A DNA stretch of 56,529 bases, counting the filler, from Candidatus Woesearchaeota archaeon (GTDB taxonomy: Archaea; Nanobdellota; Nanobdellia; Woesearchaeales; DATGWN01): NCBI GenBank assembly GCA_047603125.1. It is 4 parts of 4 records of this genome, joined end to end, with 100 filler letters (N's around TTAATTAATTAA, not from the genome) between each part and the next. Parts side by side here need not be neighbours in the genome. Positions count along the whole stretch, not along the records: positions 25,935 to 50,725 come from JBLKOU010000013.1; 3 more parts are not named here. One strand, given 5' to 3'. The notes under the pieces were generated by a model. The model was not told the origin of the DNA, ran no database searches, and saw only the letters and a list, made by a program, of their open reading frames with translations. Positions 29,501-39,353 of this stretch are shown one piece after another. Numbering within the stretch: position 1 is the first letter of the stretch; each line of letters opens with the position of its first letter. A program made the translations under genes and the position numbers.

Positions 29501-30205
29501 TTATTCTACCTCGTACTTTGCTTTAATCGCAGCAATTTGCGTTTGCTTTATTGTCTCACAAGCATCTTTTGCAAGTGCGAGTGCTTTGAGCAAAATATCT
29601 TTGTCAACTTCACCATCAAGTTGAAGAAGTGAAAGTTCTTGAGTAATTGGAAGCATTGCCACCGGAATATCAGCAACAGGACCGCCCTCATATGCTTCTT
29701 CAGCATAGTCTAGATCAACAACCACTTGGTTATCAACTCGACCAACAGAAACTGCAGCTACCATGTCTTTCATAATAATTCCTGCATCAGCTAATGCAAT
29801 CGCCGCTGCACAAATACTCGCACATCGAGAACCTGCATCTGTTTCTGGAAGTTCAATAAATACATCAATCATCGAACCCTGATACTGTGTCAAATCAACT
29901 GCTGCACTGAGTGCTTTTTGGATTACTAAATTCAATTCTCGTGAACGTCTATTTGGTCCCGGTCGAACACGATCACCCATTCCTGAAAATGGCATCATCG
30001 TATAATTCACCCGAAGAACACCTTTACCAGGTTCTTCTAAAAATCGAGGATGAACATCCTTAGGTCCAAATACTGTTGCATATGCAGCTGTATTTCCAAT
30101 CTTAAAAAAGCCAGAACCATCAGCCTCGCCAATTACTCCTGCTTTTGCTTGCATCGGACGTAACTCTTCAAATGTTCGCCCATCAATTCGTTTTTTATAA
30201 GCCAT
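29501..30205 (-). CDS. rrp41: Exosome subunit Rrp41
   Basis: 'RIDGR...ELRP', 'ADGS', 'RRSRE', 'DAGSR'. Confidence 0.95.
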   Translation of the reverse strand: MAYKKRIDGRTFEELRPMQAKAGVIGEADGSGFFKIGNTAAYATVFGPKDVHPRFLEEPGKGVLRVNYTMMPFSGMGDRVRPGPNRRSRELNLVIQKALSAAVDLTQYQGSMIDVFIELPETDAGSRCASICAAAIALADAGIIMKDMVAAVSVGRVDNQVVVDLDYAEEAYEGGPVADIPVAMLPITQELSLLQLDGEVDKDILLKALALAKDACETIKQTQIAAIKAKYEVE

Positions 30206-30207
30206 AA

Positions 30208-30954
30208 TTAATCACCATCCTCTTGTTTTTGTTCGTCCTGAGGTGCTGAGCCAACTTGACCATCCCACTCAGGGCATTGTTCTTGTAAGAATGCTTTGAC
30301 ACGGTCAGTTAAACCACTCGTATGTGCTTTTTGTTCAATCATTTCAAATGCTTGCTTTGCAACATATTCCATATCAGGCTCTCCGCTTATCCAAATAAGA
30401 CCGTTTTGCCCAACAAAAATTTGACATTTTGTTGCATGTTTTATCATTGAAACCATGCTTCCAGCACGACCGATAATTCGTGGAAATTTATTCGGACTAT
30501 ATCGAAGGATCATTCCATCCTTTAACTTATGTAAACCCTGTCCACGTAAACTCAAATCAATTGTTTTTGTTCCCATGATGTTAAAAATTCGTGCACAGAC
30601 ATAGTCACCCATATCAAGAATTTTTGTTAGATTTGTACTTCGTGAAACAAATGTATTCGATGCATCGCGAACATTTAATAGTCCACTAATAGAACAATTT
30701 GTATCGATTCTCCAACCATTTGGAGTTACTTCTGTTACTTTTCCAATAACAACATCATCACGCTTTGGCATGTATGGTCCACATAATGGTATGAGTTTTA
30801 ATGCTCGTCCATTTATGGAAACAAGTCCAACGCGATTTGCGTATATTTTGTCTTCTTTTCGGTATGCCCCCATTCCTGGAATATAATCCATTCCTGTTGC
30901 CAGGAGTTCTCCAGGGACACAGACATCCTTATCTTTTATATGTAGTTGTGTCAT
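30208..30954 (-). CDS. rrp4: Exosome RNA-binding subunit Rrp4
   Basis: 'VPGELL', S1 domain, KH 'PRIIGRAGSM', 'GQNGLIW', 'AHTSGLTD'. Confidence 0.95.
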   Translation of the reverse strand: MTQLHIKDKDVCVPGELLATGMDYIPGMGAYRKEDKIYANRVGLVSINGRALKLIPLCGPYMPKRDDVVIGKVTEVTPNGWRIDTNCSISGLLNVRDASNTFVSRSTNLTKILDMGDYVCARIFNIMGTKTIDLSLRGQGLHKLKDGMILRYSPNKFPRIIGRAGSMVSMIKHATKCQIFVGQNGLIWISGEPDMEYVAKQAFEMIEQKAHTSGLTDRVKAFLQEQCPEWDGQVGSAPQDEQKQEDGD

Positions 30955-30965
30955 TTTTTTCCTCA

Positions 30966-31700
30966 CTAATATTTTTTGATTGTTAATACAGTTGCTTGCA
31001 CTGTTCCATGCGTCGCTGAATTGAGCGCATCATATAACTCTTGCTCTAGCCCCGCAGGTATTTCGATTACCCCTATAAATGAACCATCTGCAAGCCATTG
31101 TGTTTTTGAAACTGCACCATATTTTTGTAATACCCCGTATGCTTTATGTGCATATTGAGGAGTAAATGTTATTTGTATCTCTTTTTTTTCAAACCGAATA
31201 GGAATAATTGGTTGTAATTGACGCAAAATTGTTTTGAGTTGATTACTTGGGCGCGTATACTCGTCAATTTTTACTTTTGCTTGCTCCATTGCACTTTCTA
31301 TTCTCGAGAGTGGATGTGGCGTATCTGTTCTTGGATCAACTCCATTTTTATGAATAAGCTCTAAAATGCGCTTTCGTTTATTTTCGCGAACCGTTCGCTT
31401 AAACTCAGCTCCTAATTGAATTAATCCAGAATCTAAAATTGCCTTTGCAATAACAAGTGCATCAGTTGTTTGAAACGTTGATTCCAATTTTGTTTGTGAC
31501 GCCAATAAACCTTTTTGTGCGTCTGCAAAAATATCCTGAGAAGTGATTACCTGTCCAATCTCAACATCCCGACCTTCTTTATATGCAATTGCTTTATCAG
31601 GTTCAATCGTTACTTCAAACGATTCTCCACCTTTTTTCAGTCGCGCTAGCGGCAATTGAAATTTCTCCGGATCAAATTTTAATTCTCGTCTTCCGCTCAT
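30966..31700 (-). CDS. Ribosome maturation factor SBDS/Sdo1
   Basis: 'ARLKKGGESFEV', 'DPRT..PHP..RIE.AM'. Confidence 0.95.
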   Translation of the reverse strand: MSGRRELKFDPEKFQLPLARLKKGGESFEVTIEPDKAIAYKEGRDVEIGQVITSQDIFADAQKGLLASQTKLESTFQTTDALVIAKAILDSGLIQLGAEFKRTVRENKRKRILELIHKNGVDPRTDTPHPLSRIESAMEQAKVKIDEYTRPSNQLKTILRQLQPIIPIRFEKKEIQITFTPQYAHKAYGVLQKYGAVSKTQWLADGSFIGVIEIPAGLEQELYDALNSATHGTVQATVLTIKKY

Positions 31701-31707
31701 ATTATCA

Positions 31708-32397
31708 CTATCTTACTCGCACCAAAACAGGATTGTCTGTCTTAATATATGCGCAATCGATTCTTTTTTGATCATATTGATCACCAAGCACTTCTTTTAA
31801 TGCCTTATGACCTAATTTAATACAATCATCAACCGTCAAATCATCCGAATAATCACGCTGTAAAATTTCATCAACATCTCGATCATGCTCACCAATTGCA
31901 ACTGCTTTATACTGAAAATAAATACCTGTTGGGTCAGTTACATACACTTTTGGACCACTATGATCAATACCACCAATAATTAAGGACACTCCAAATGGAC
32001 GAAGACCACCTGATTGTGTTGTCATTTGTTTTAAATTTGCAATATCTTTTACAACTTCTAATACATCTATTGATGAATCATATTGCACCATGTATTGCTG
32101 AGTCTTTAATTGTGCACGCTCAACTAAAATACGTGCATCACTAATAATTCCTGCAGAAGTTAACGCTATATGACTATCAACTTCAAAAATTTTCTCAACA
32201 GATTCTGGAATAATTAATTTGTTTGCAATGCGTTTATCTGCAATCAAAACAATTCCATCTTTTGCACAAATTCCAATCGCTGTACTTCCTTGTTTTACTG
32301 TTTTTTTTGCATATTCTACTTGCAATAAGCGCCCGTCGGGCGAGAACATTGTTATGGCTCGGTCATAACCCATCATTTGGTGGTTTAATGTTTGCAT
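31708..32397 (-). CDS. psmA: Proteasome alpha subunit
   Basis: 'GYDRAITMFSPDGRLLQVEYA', 'RPFGVS'. Confidence 0.97.
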   Translation of the reverse strand: MQTLNHQMMGYDRAITMFSPDGRLLQVEYAKKTVKQGSTAIGICAKDGIVLIADKRIANKLIIPESVEKIFEVDSHIALTSAGIISDARILVERAQLKTQQYMVQYDSSIDVLEVVKDIANLKQMTTQSGGLRPFGVSLIIGGIDHSGPKVYVTDPTGIYFQYKAVAIGEHDRDVDEILQRDYSDDLTVDDCIKLGHKALKEVLGDQYDQKRIDCAYIKTDNPVLVRVR

Positions 32398-32756
32398 ATT
32401 GATTCACCTATTTGTTTTTTTTCAATTAATTGTTTGATTGTGAGTAGCGACCCCGAAACACGCAAACTTTTGCAATGGACGGGAACGCCTTGAACTGATC
32501 GAATAAATGGAAGGACACTGCGAATGTGCGCGGCATATGTGCTTACACATTGTAAAACAAATTGCGTTTGCTCTAATCCAGTTATTTTTGAAACCTGCTT
32601 ACATGCAGCTTTTTGATAAACAATTTGACCAAGAAGTGCTTTTGCCTGTGTCTCAAACTCTTTGACGACTTGCGCTTTTGCAACTTTTTGCTCGCTGACA
32701 ATTTGACAAAGCACATAGCGATTACTATGTCTTTGCGACTTAGGTAATGGTTTCAT
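32385..32756 (-). CDS. rnp2: RNase P protein Rpp14/Pop5
   Basis: 'LPKSQR..NRYV', 'LRVSGSL'; canonical position upstream of psmA. Confidence 0.8.
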   Translation of the reverse strand: MKPLPKSQRHSNRYVLCQIVSEQKVAKAQVVKEFETQAKALLGQIVYQKAACKQVSKITGLEQTQFVLQCVSTYAAHIRSVLPFIRSVQGVPVHCKSLRVSGSLLTIKQLIEKKQIGESICKH

Positions 32757-32970
32757 TTCTTCTGTTCTCTAGGAGTGGCAAGTCTGATAGTATATAAATC
32801 TTGTGACTGAGGGGAAAAGACGAGGCTGTTTCCTTAAAAATGTTCATTTAAAAAGGAAGATAGATCATTTATCTTGTATACTCCGCAGAAACTATACCAG
32901 AAAATGTTAAACGACATTTTAGTATTACTATTCGAAATATTTATATTAATGCAAAATGTATGTATTTTAA

Positions 32971-33498
32971 ATGGAATATGAATATTATAATCAATTTATC
33001 AACAAAGAAACAAAAGGAAGGTATGACGTAACTCCGATTTTTGAGAATCCTAAAGTGTTTTCAAATTTAATTGAGGATTTAATTAAACCCTTTAAAAATG
33101 CAGATTTTAATAAAATTGCAGGACTTGATGCTTTAGGTTTTGTAATCGGCGGAGCATTAGCGCAAAAGATAAATAAAGGATTTATTTGCATTAGAAAAGG
33201 AGGAAAACTTCCAGGAATCAAAAATACAGTTTTAAAAACTTCAGATTTCATCGATTATACAAATACATCAAAATCATTTGAAATAAATAAATCATCAGTC
33301 AATAAAGGAGATAAAATACTCCTTGTTGATGAATGGATTGAAACTGGAACTCAAATGAAAGCTTCTATACAATTAATTGAAGAATTAGGTGGAGAGATAA
33401 TTGGAATATCATCACTTTGTTCTCATAAAAATAAACAAACGCAAATTCTATTTGAAAAATATAATCTTAAAGCAATTAGAATAATCGATGAAATGTAA
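32971..33498 (+). CDS. Adenine/purine phosphoribosyltransferase-like protein
   Basis: 'IAGLDALGF', 'IRKGGKLPG', PRPP loop 'ILLVDEWIETGTQ'. Confidence 0.88.
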   Translation: MEYEYYNQFINKETKGRYDVTPIFENPKVFSNLIEDLIKPFKNADFNKIAGLDALGFVIGGALAQKINKGFICIRKGGKLPGIKNTVLKTSDFIDYTNTSKSFEINKSSVNKGDKILLVDEWIETGTQMKASIQLIEELGGEIIGISSLCSHKNKQTQILFEKYNLKAIRIIDEM

Positions 33499-33546
33499 CA
33501 TGTCAAGAATTAAACGCTCCAAGATATAACACTTCTCAAAAAAACT

Positions 33547-35103
33547 CTATTTATAGTGTTTTTTTAGCAAACTCTCAATAATAACCGCATATGCTGGTCG
33601 AGCAATAAATACCCCAATAGAAAGTCCGACAATTGTTGTAATTGCAAACGCATTCAAAATACCAATACCACCACCAAAAATCAAAATTGCAATCATTGCA
33701 AAGACCGTTGTTGCATACGATGTAAATATAAGATTCAACGCTTTTTTCAAACGACCCCGCCAACTCAAATGCCCCCTATTTTTTGAGAGCAATTCATCAG
33801 TAATAATGATCTGATGATCCACTCCGGTTCCCAGCATAATGATAATCGAACCAATTGCCGCTAAATCAATATTGACAAATGGTGTTATGGAGGCTAAAAA
33901 CAGCAACAAGATGACTTCCGCAAATGCAGTAAGCAGCATGGGAATAACTACTTTAAATGTTCTGTATCGAATATACACAAATGTTGATACAGCAATTGCT
34001 GCAACAAGTGCAACTAAAAAGGCATTTGCTATAAATTCTTGTCCTAAAAGCGGCGAGATTGTATCTTTACGCACGACTTCTAAGCGTGCAGGAAGATCAC
34101 CCGAGCGCAATAATGTTTGAATTTCTCGCATTCTGGACAATGCATTTTCTTGCGCACTTACTCGACCAGGACCGACACCACTCCCTGAAATCGAAATAGA
34201 TTGAGTCACTCGCCCTTGTAAATCTGCGGATATACTCAGCTCATCCACAAGAACATCATCCAAGAATAATTGTATGGGTGCAGAGAGTGAATCGCCAACA
34301 ACATCAAGTTCACGCGTTGCATCTGCCTGTGCGCGCGCAGCTTGCAAACTCAATTGGATAGGAAAATTATATCGACAAACAAACTCACCATTTGCTTGAG
34401 AACATTGCGTAATACCGCCTTGCTGTGAGCTTGTAATGACAGTAATATCTGAACCAGTAAATATTGTTTGATTAAGAATTTTCGCTTCAAAACGCCCTTG
34501 TTGTGTAACAAGTTGCTCAACTTCATCAGGCGATTGTCCGGCAATTTCAATAACAATAAATTGGGATACATCCCCTAAAAAGGAATCTGTTACTTGACGA
34601 ACAGTTATGTCTGAAAGACCATACACATTTAGTCGTCGCTCAATACTATCTCGAAGAGTGCTAAATTCTTCTGCGTCTAGAATGCGAACCGGTTCTAAAA
34701 CAAGTCTGCTCCCGCCCTGAATATCAAGACCAAAACGAATATTTGACGTTGGTGCAAATGATACACGAATGCCTGCATCATCCCCATCATTTTCTAAATA
34801 ATAAACTTGTTCTTGTGAAAAGGGCCACAGAAGGAATCGTTGTTGTTGCGTAATAATAATGGAGTCTCCCGATAAATTCGCCCGATAAAAATCACGCACG
34901 GTTTTTATAGGCTCACCATTTACTTCAACAATACGCTCACGCAACGTAGGAAATCTATCCGTGTCCGCACTCATACCTGCCACTTGTGCAGGAGTATTTT
35001 GAACGACTTCTTGGATAATAACTCCATCTCGCCAAGGCTGAAATTGAATAACGACAAGAGAGATAATAACTAATACAAGTAATAACCACACTCGCCACTT
35101 CAT
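33547..35103 (-). CDS. secD: Protein translocase subunit SecD
   Basis: 'GLDIQGGSR', 'LRSGDLP', 'GTGVDHQIIITDE'. Confidence 0.93.
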   Translation of the reverse strand: MKWRVWLLLVLVIISLVVIQFQPWRDGVIIQEVVQNTPAQVAGMSADTDRFPTLRERIVEVNGEPIKTVRDFYRANLSGDSIIITQQQRFLLWPFSQEQVYYLENDGDDAGIRVSFAPTSNIRFGLDIQGGSRLVLEPVRILDAEEFSTLRDSIERRLNVYGLSDITVRQVTDSFLGDVSQFIVIEIAGQSPDEVEQLVTQQGRFEAKILNQTIFTGSDITVITSSQQGGITQCSQANGEFVCRYNFPIQLSLQAARAQADATRELDVVGDSLSAPIQLFLDDVLVDELSISADLQGRVTQSISISGSGVGPGRVSAQENALSRMREIQTLLRSGDLPARLEVVRKDTISPLLGQEFIANAFLVALVAAIAVSTFVYIRYRTFKVVIPMLLTAFAEVILLLFLASITPFVNIDLAAIGSIIIMLGTGVDHQIIITDELLSKNRGHLSWRGRLKKALNLIFTSYATTVFAMIAILIFGGGIGILNAFAITTIVGLSIGVFIARPAYAVIIESLLKKHYK

Positions 35104-35975
35104 TTTTTCTCACCTTTCTTTTCTAAATACCAACGTAAAAGTCCTGCGTTTGTAATCCACGTATTAATAATATCAGCAAGTAAACCAAATAATAATACAA
35201 GCATAATTTGGAAAATAATTTCCGAATTAGTAAAGAAGAGTCCAAGTGATAAAGCTATAACAGTCGTCCCCGACATCATCAAACCCGTTCTTGCTGCTTG
35301 CGTGAACCGATCATAGAGAGGTATTTCTCCGAGTTTGAGCATTTTATTTGTCAACAAAATATTTGTATCTACCGAATATCCAATAATCATCAAAAATGCC
35401 GCCAAACCACCAACTCCAAGACGCTGGGAAGTAAGATCAAATAAACCAACTGCAATAACAATATCTGTTATTACGGCAAGAATGATAATACCTGCAGGCA
35501 CAAGACTTCTATAGGTAATGTAGACAATGATGCTCATAAACACAAATGCTGCCAACAGTGCAGTTAAAATTTGTAAAAAGAATCGCTCACTTAATGATGG
35601 CTGAATGCTTTGAACAGATAAATCTTCTTGAGAAACACTATATTGCTCAACAATCAAAGCAACAAACTCATCTTGCGGCGCATCGCTTTCAAACGTATAC
35701 CCTACGGTTCTTCCGCGATCCAATAAATCTCGCACAACAAGTTCATTTTCAGGAAATTGCTCTAAAAAAATGGGCTCTAAATCAAGCGGAGAATCTGTTT
35801 GTATAGTCACTACAGTTCCACCTTTGAGCGTAATGCTTCGCTCAATAATCTCGCCCGTTGTTTGATATTGATAAAATTGAGCACCTAGTGAAATTAATAA
35901 TAAGAATATAGGGATAAATAGCAAAATCTTATAGTTTTTCTTATAAAATTTTTCAAACTTTTTTTTGTCAATCAC
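35100..35975 (-). CDS. secF: Protein translocase subunit SecF
   Basis: 'LKGGT', 'IGYSVDTNILL'; adjacent to secD. Confidence 0.93.
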   Translation of the reverse strand: MIDKKKFEKFYKKNYKILLFIPIFLLLISLGAQFYQYQTTGEIIERSITLKGGTVVTIQTDSPLDLEPIFLEQFPENELVVRDLLDRGRTVGYTFESDAPQDEFVALIVEQYSVSQEDLSVQSIQPSLSERFFLQILTALLAAFVFMSIIVYITYRSLVPAGIIILAVITDIVIAVGLFDLTSQRLGVGGLAAFLMIIGYSVDTNILLTNKMLKLGEIPLYDRFTQAARTGLMMSGTTVIALSLGLFFTNSEIIFQIMLVLLFGLLADIINTWITNAGLLRWYLEKKGEKK

Positions 35976-37602
35976 AAATAATTTCGCATGCGCACACCGG
36001 CATACTCAAACCCCAATTTTCTAATACATCTGGGTGTATTTCCCCAAAAAAAGCAAGTTGCTTGCCCTTATACATAACGCGGGCACATCGGCCTTTTATA
36101 AAACTTTTGTGCTCAAATGAATCAATTTGCACATCGTAGCCAAAAGTCGCAAAAATACTATCAATAAGTTGGCGAATTTGCGTATAAGGAGCCGTATCTG
36201 CACAAAGTGCTATTGCAACATGGAGTTGATTTTTCGAACAAACATCAGTTTTTGCAGGAATAATAACATCCCCAACCTCAAAAATCATTTGAGGATACAC
36301 CACACTTCTATTATAATGAAGCGTCTTTAATAATTCAGGCAAAAGCCATGTGCGCAACATATTGATATTTCGCTCGGCCGTACTTCCAAGTGCAATAAAT
36401 TCAGACGCAACTACGGGCAAATTCATTTTTGTAAACTGATCATCTTTATCTGTTACTCCCAAAGTTTTTACTTCTTGCAAGCCAAAACCGATTAAATGAC
36501 GCGTTATTTGCTCAATGAAATGATTTTGCTTTGTCATTGAACCCTTTGTATAAGAATGTGAATATTGTAACTCTATCGAATTTGCTCCCAGCGCACGCAA
36601 AACATCATCAATTAAATCAACAGCATGCCAAATATCGTAGCGATATGGCAACACATGAATTTGCAACATCTCACCATCAATGACAACTCGATGACCCATT
36701 TTTTCCAATAAATTTGCAGCCTGTTTTGCTGTCAGCGATGTTCCTAAATGCGCATTTATTTTTTGCACGCTTACAGCGTATGATTGTTCTTCAAGCTTTG
36801 GCGTTGCTCTTTTTTGCTTTCCGTCTATTACTGTCACCTGATGGACTTTTCCACCCATATCAATAAATAGACAACTTAACAAAACAAGAATGTGCTCAAG
36901 CACCGGTATATCAAACCCACTAACTTCAATAAAAATTCCCGTCGTTGTTTGATCGACTTTTCCAACGGTGTGTGAATTAATAATTGGAGGCATGGAAAGA
37001 ATTTGCCCGTCTGCATCCGTAAAAAGAGGGAAAACCTTTGCTCCTTCTAGTAAATGTGCATATTTTTTTCCCGCAGGATGTTCTTGCAAAATTTGCAACC
37101 CTGACATTTGTTTTGTCCCTTCGAGAGGCTCAAAAGCAATGTCATTTGGCTTTTTTGCACAAAACGTAATTGGCCACGAAATTTTTTCAAGTGGGTACAC
37201 ACCAATTGCCGCACGTTTTCGTTCTTTTCCAATCGTTGCATGCAATTTCTCTTGCACCCAGATGATGTCTTTAATTGTTTGATCAGTAAAGTTAAGATTT
37301 GTCACAACCGCACAAACTGTTTGCGGACGAACAGCCTTGACTGAAGAATCAATATGGAGTTCATACAATGACGGATTACTCACATACACAGGATTTTTCT
37401 TTTTTTCAAATGAGCGCAAAATTCGAATAATTCCTTGCGTACTTAATGCATCAAGTCGCTCAGGTGTAATATCTATCTTTAATTCATCACCATCCAGATG
37501 ATCAATATCAAAACCAATCTGTGTCAATATATCTTGTAATTGTTTTTCAGACAGCTTTGTTTGCTGTTGAATTGAGCGCAGTGATGTTTCTAAGACTACC
37601 AT
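35968..37602 (-). CDS. pheT: Phenylalanyl-tRNA synthetase beta subunit
   Basis: 'QEKLH..IGKER', 'SMPPIINS', 'R.DIWH..DLIDD', 'GEIHP'. Confidence 0.95.
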   Translation of the reverse strand: MVVLETSLRSIQQQTKLSEKQLQDILTQIGFDIDHLDGDELKIDITPERLDALSTQGIIRILRSFEKKKNPVYVSNPSLYELHIDSSVKAVRPQTVCAVVTNLNFTDQTIKDIIWVQEKLHATIGKERKRAAIGVYPLEKISWPITFCAKKPNDIAFEPLEGTKQMSGLQILQEHPAGKKYAHLLEGAKVFPLFTDADGQILSMPPIINSHTVGKVDQTTTGIFIEVSGFDIPVLEHILVLLSCLFIDMGGKVHQVTVIDGKQKRATPKLEEQSYAVSVQKINAHLGTSLTAKQAANLLEKMGHRVVIDGEMLQIHVLPYRYDIWHAVDLIDDVLRALGANSIELQYSHSYTKGSMTKQNHFIEQITRHLIGFGLQEVKTLGVTDKDDQFTKMNLPVVASEFIALGSTAERNINMLRTWLLPELLKTLHYNRSVVYPQMIFEVGDVIIPAKTDVCSKNQLHVAIALCADTAPYTQIRQLIDSIFATFGYDVQIDSFEHKSFIKGRCARVMYKGKQLAFFGEIHPDVLENWGLSMPVCACEIICD

Positions 37603-39095
37603 GGCGCCACCTTTTTAATTTCTTTATAGGATTTTAACCACTCCAAATCACACTGAGGACCAATAATATCCTTTAATTTATCTTGCTCTAATAACAGCAT
37701 TGCTAATCGTTCTAAACCCAAACCCCAAGCAATCACTGGTTTTTTAATTCCATACGGTTCTAGCGATTCTGGGCGAAAAATTCCAGAGTTAATAAGCTCA
37801 AGCCATTTATTTTTTTCTTTATCAAAATACAATGCTTCAATTGATGGCTCCGTATACGGATTATATGTTGGTTTAAAGCTAATAGTATCAAAACCTAATT
37901 TTGCATAAAATTCTTTTATAATTGCAAGTAAATGTCCTAGTGTCAAATCATCATCCATAACAAAACCCTCAACCTGGTAAAACTCGGGAAGGTGCGTTGC
38001 ATCAATTGCTTCGTTTCGAAACACTTTCCCTATGTAAAAATATTTTGCAGGTGTTTTCACACCAGAAGCCAGCGTTCTATACGTTGTTGCAGTAGTATGC
38101 GTTCGTAGCACAAGTTCTTTTGCAATAGTTTCATTCCAAGGCACACTATACCCTCGATAGCCATCTTTTGCTCCATGTTCATGCACTTGTTTTATTTTTT
38201 TTAGTAGTTCTTTTGACGGTAACTGTCCTTGTTTGTTTAAGTAGAATGTATCTTGGACATCACGCGCAGGATGATCTTGAGGAATCCACATCGAATCCAT
38301 GCACCAAAAGGCAGTTTCAACCCATGGACCCTTCATTTCTGTAAAACCCATCTCTAAAAAGATCTGGCGAACATACTCTATTACTGCAGTCATAGGATGC
38401 ATTCGACCAGGGTGCTTTTTTGGCACAGGGCTTCTCACATCAATCGGACGAACAGTTTGTGATTTGTATGTTTTTTGAACCAGCATCTCGCTTGTCAATG
38501 TATTAATGGTTTTTGTGTTCGTTAATGATTTCAAGGATATTTTTTTTGCTTGCGCAGTAAGTTTTACAGAAGGTTTTGTTTTTGTTTCAACCAGCACTAA
38601 TTGCTTTCTTTTCTTTAATGACTCTAGCTGATCTTTTTGTTCACTTGATAAAGAATCAACCATTGCAGGAAATGTCAAATTAAAAAACGATTGTTCTGAA
38701 ATGTCGATGTCTTTTATTTTAGAAATAATCAATTCCTTGCCCTTTTGCACATCAATTGCACCTTTTTGTTTAAGAATGCCAATGCATGCCCCAATTTCTT
38801 GCATACTAAATCCTTTCTTGAGTAATTGTGATTGTGATTGTGGTTTATCCAGTGCTTTTAATAAGCGAACTTCGGGCAAACCTTGTTTTTTTGCAATCTC
38901 CCCATTTTCATCCAAGCGCACAACTTGATATTTCATATACGCTAAATCAATGAGTTTTTTATTGGAAAGCCATTGGAGCGCACGAGAAATTTGCACTTCA
39001 TCTAAGGAAATTTTCTGCGAATCAAAAGTTTTATGCTCGAGAAGATAACTCAGCACTACCACCTCATATTCATGCAATTGCGAAACGTCAACCAT
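37596..39095 (-). CDS. pheS: Phenylalanyl-tRNA synthetase alpha subunit
   Basis: 'QDHPARDVQDTF', 'LRTHTT', 'FRNEAIDATHLPEFYQ', 'YTEPS', 'WGLGLER'; probable start ATG 39095 (MVDVSQL), since the longer track ORF runs through repeat copy 5. Confidence 0.95.
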   Translation of the reverse strand: MVDVSQLHEYEVVVLSYLLEHKTFDSQKISLDEVQISRALQWLSNKKLIDLAYMKYQVVRLDENGEIAKKQGLPEVRLLKALDKPQSQSQLLKKGFSMQEIGACIGILKQKGAIDVQKGKELIISKIKDIDISEQSFFNLTFPAMVDSLSSEQKDQLESLKKRKQLVLVETKTKPSVKLTAQAKKISLKSLTNTKTINTLTSEMLVQKTYKSQTVRPIDVRSPVPKKHPGRMHPMTAVIEYVRQIFLEMGFTEMKGPWVETAFWCMDSMWIPQDHPARDVQDTFYLNKQGQLPSKELLKKIKQVHEHGAKDGYRGYSVPWNETIAKELVLRTHTTATTYRTLASGVKTPAKYFYIGKVFRNEAIDATHLPEFYQVEGFVMDDDLTLGHLLAIIKEFYAKLGFDTISFKPTYNPYTEPSIEALYFDKEKNKWLELINSGIFRPESLEPYGIKKPVIAWGLGLERLAMLLLEQDKLKDIIGPQCDLEWLKSYKEIKKVAPW

Positions 39096-39138
39096 GCGTT
39101 TTTGTAATATGAAATGCTTTTTAAACGTTTGGGTATGA

Positions 39139-39335
39139 TAAGTTTCATCTAAAAAATAAGAAAAAAGAGCACCTTGCAGCCAGATCAGAAAATTTGGCGA
39201 TTGTTTGAAAGCTTCTTTCAAACTTGAGGATGATAATCCGAAAAGATGCAGCCAAATTTTCGCTTTATTCTCAAAGCGGGACTCTTGAGCTGAATCTGCG
39301 TGCTCTTTTGAAAGATAATGTTTTGATAGAGCCGG
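39139..39335. repeat. Structured repeat family A, copy 5 (decayed TIRs)
   Basis: Colinear with 13533-13730 including the internal module; outer arms have diverged. Confidence 0.9.
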
Positions 39336-39353
39336 CATTAAACAAGTAATATT

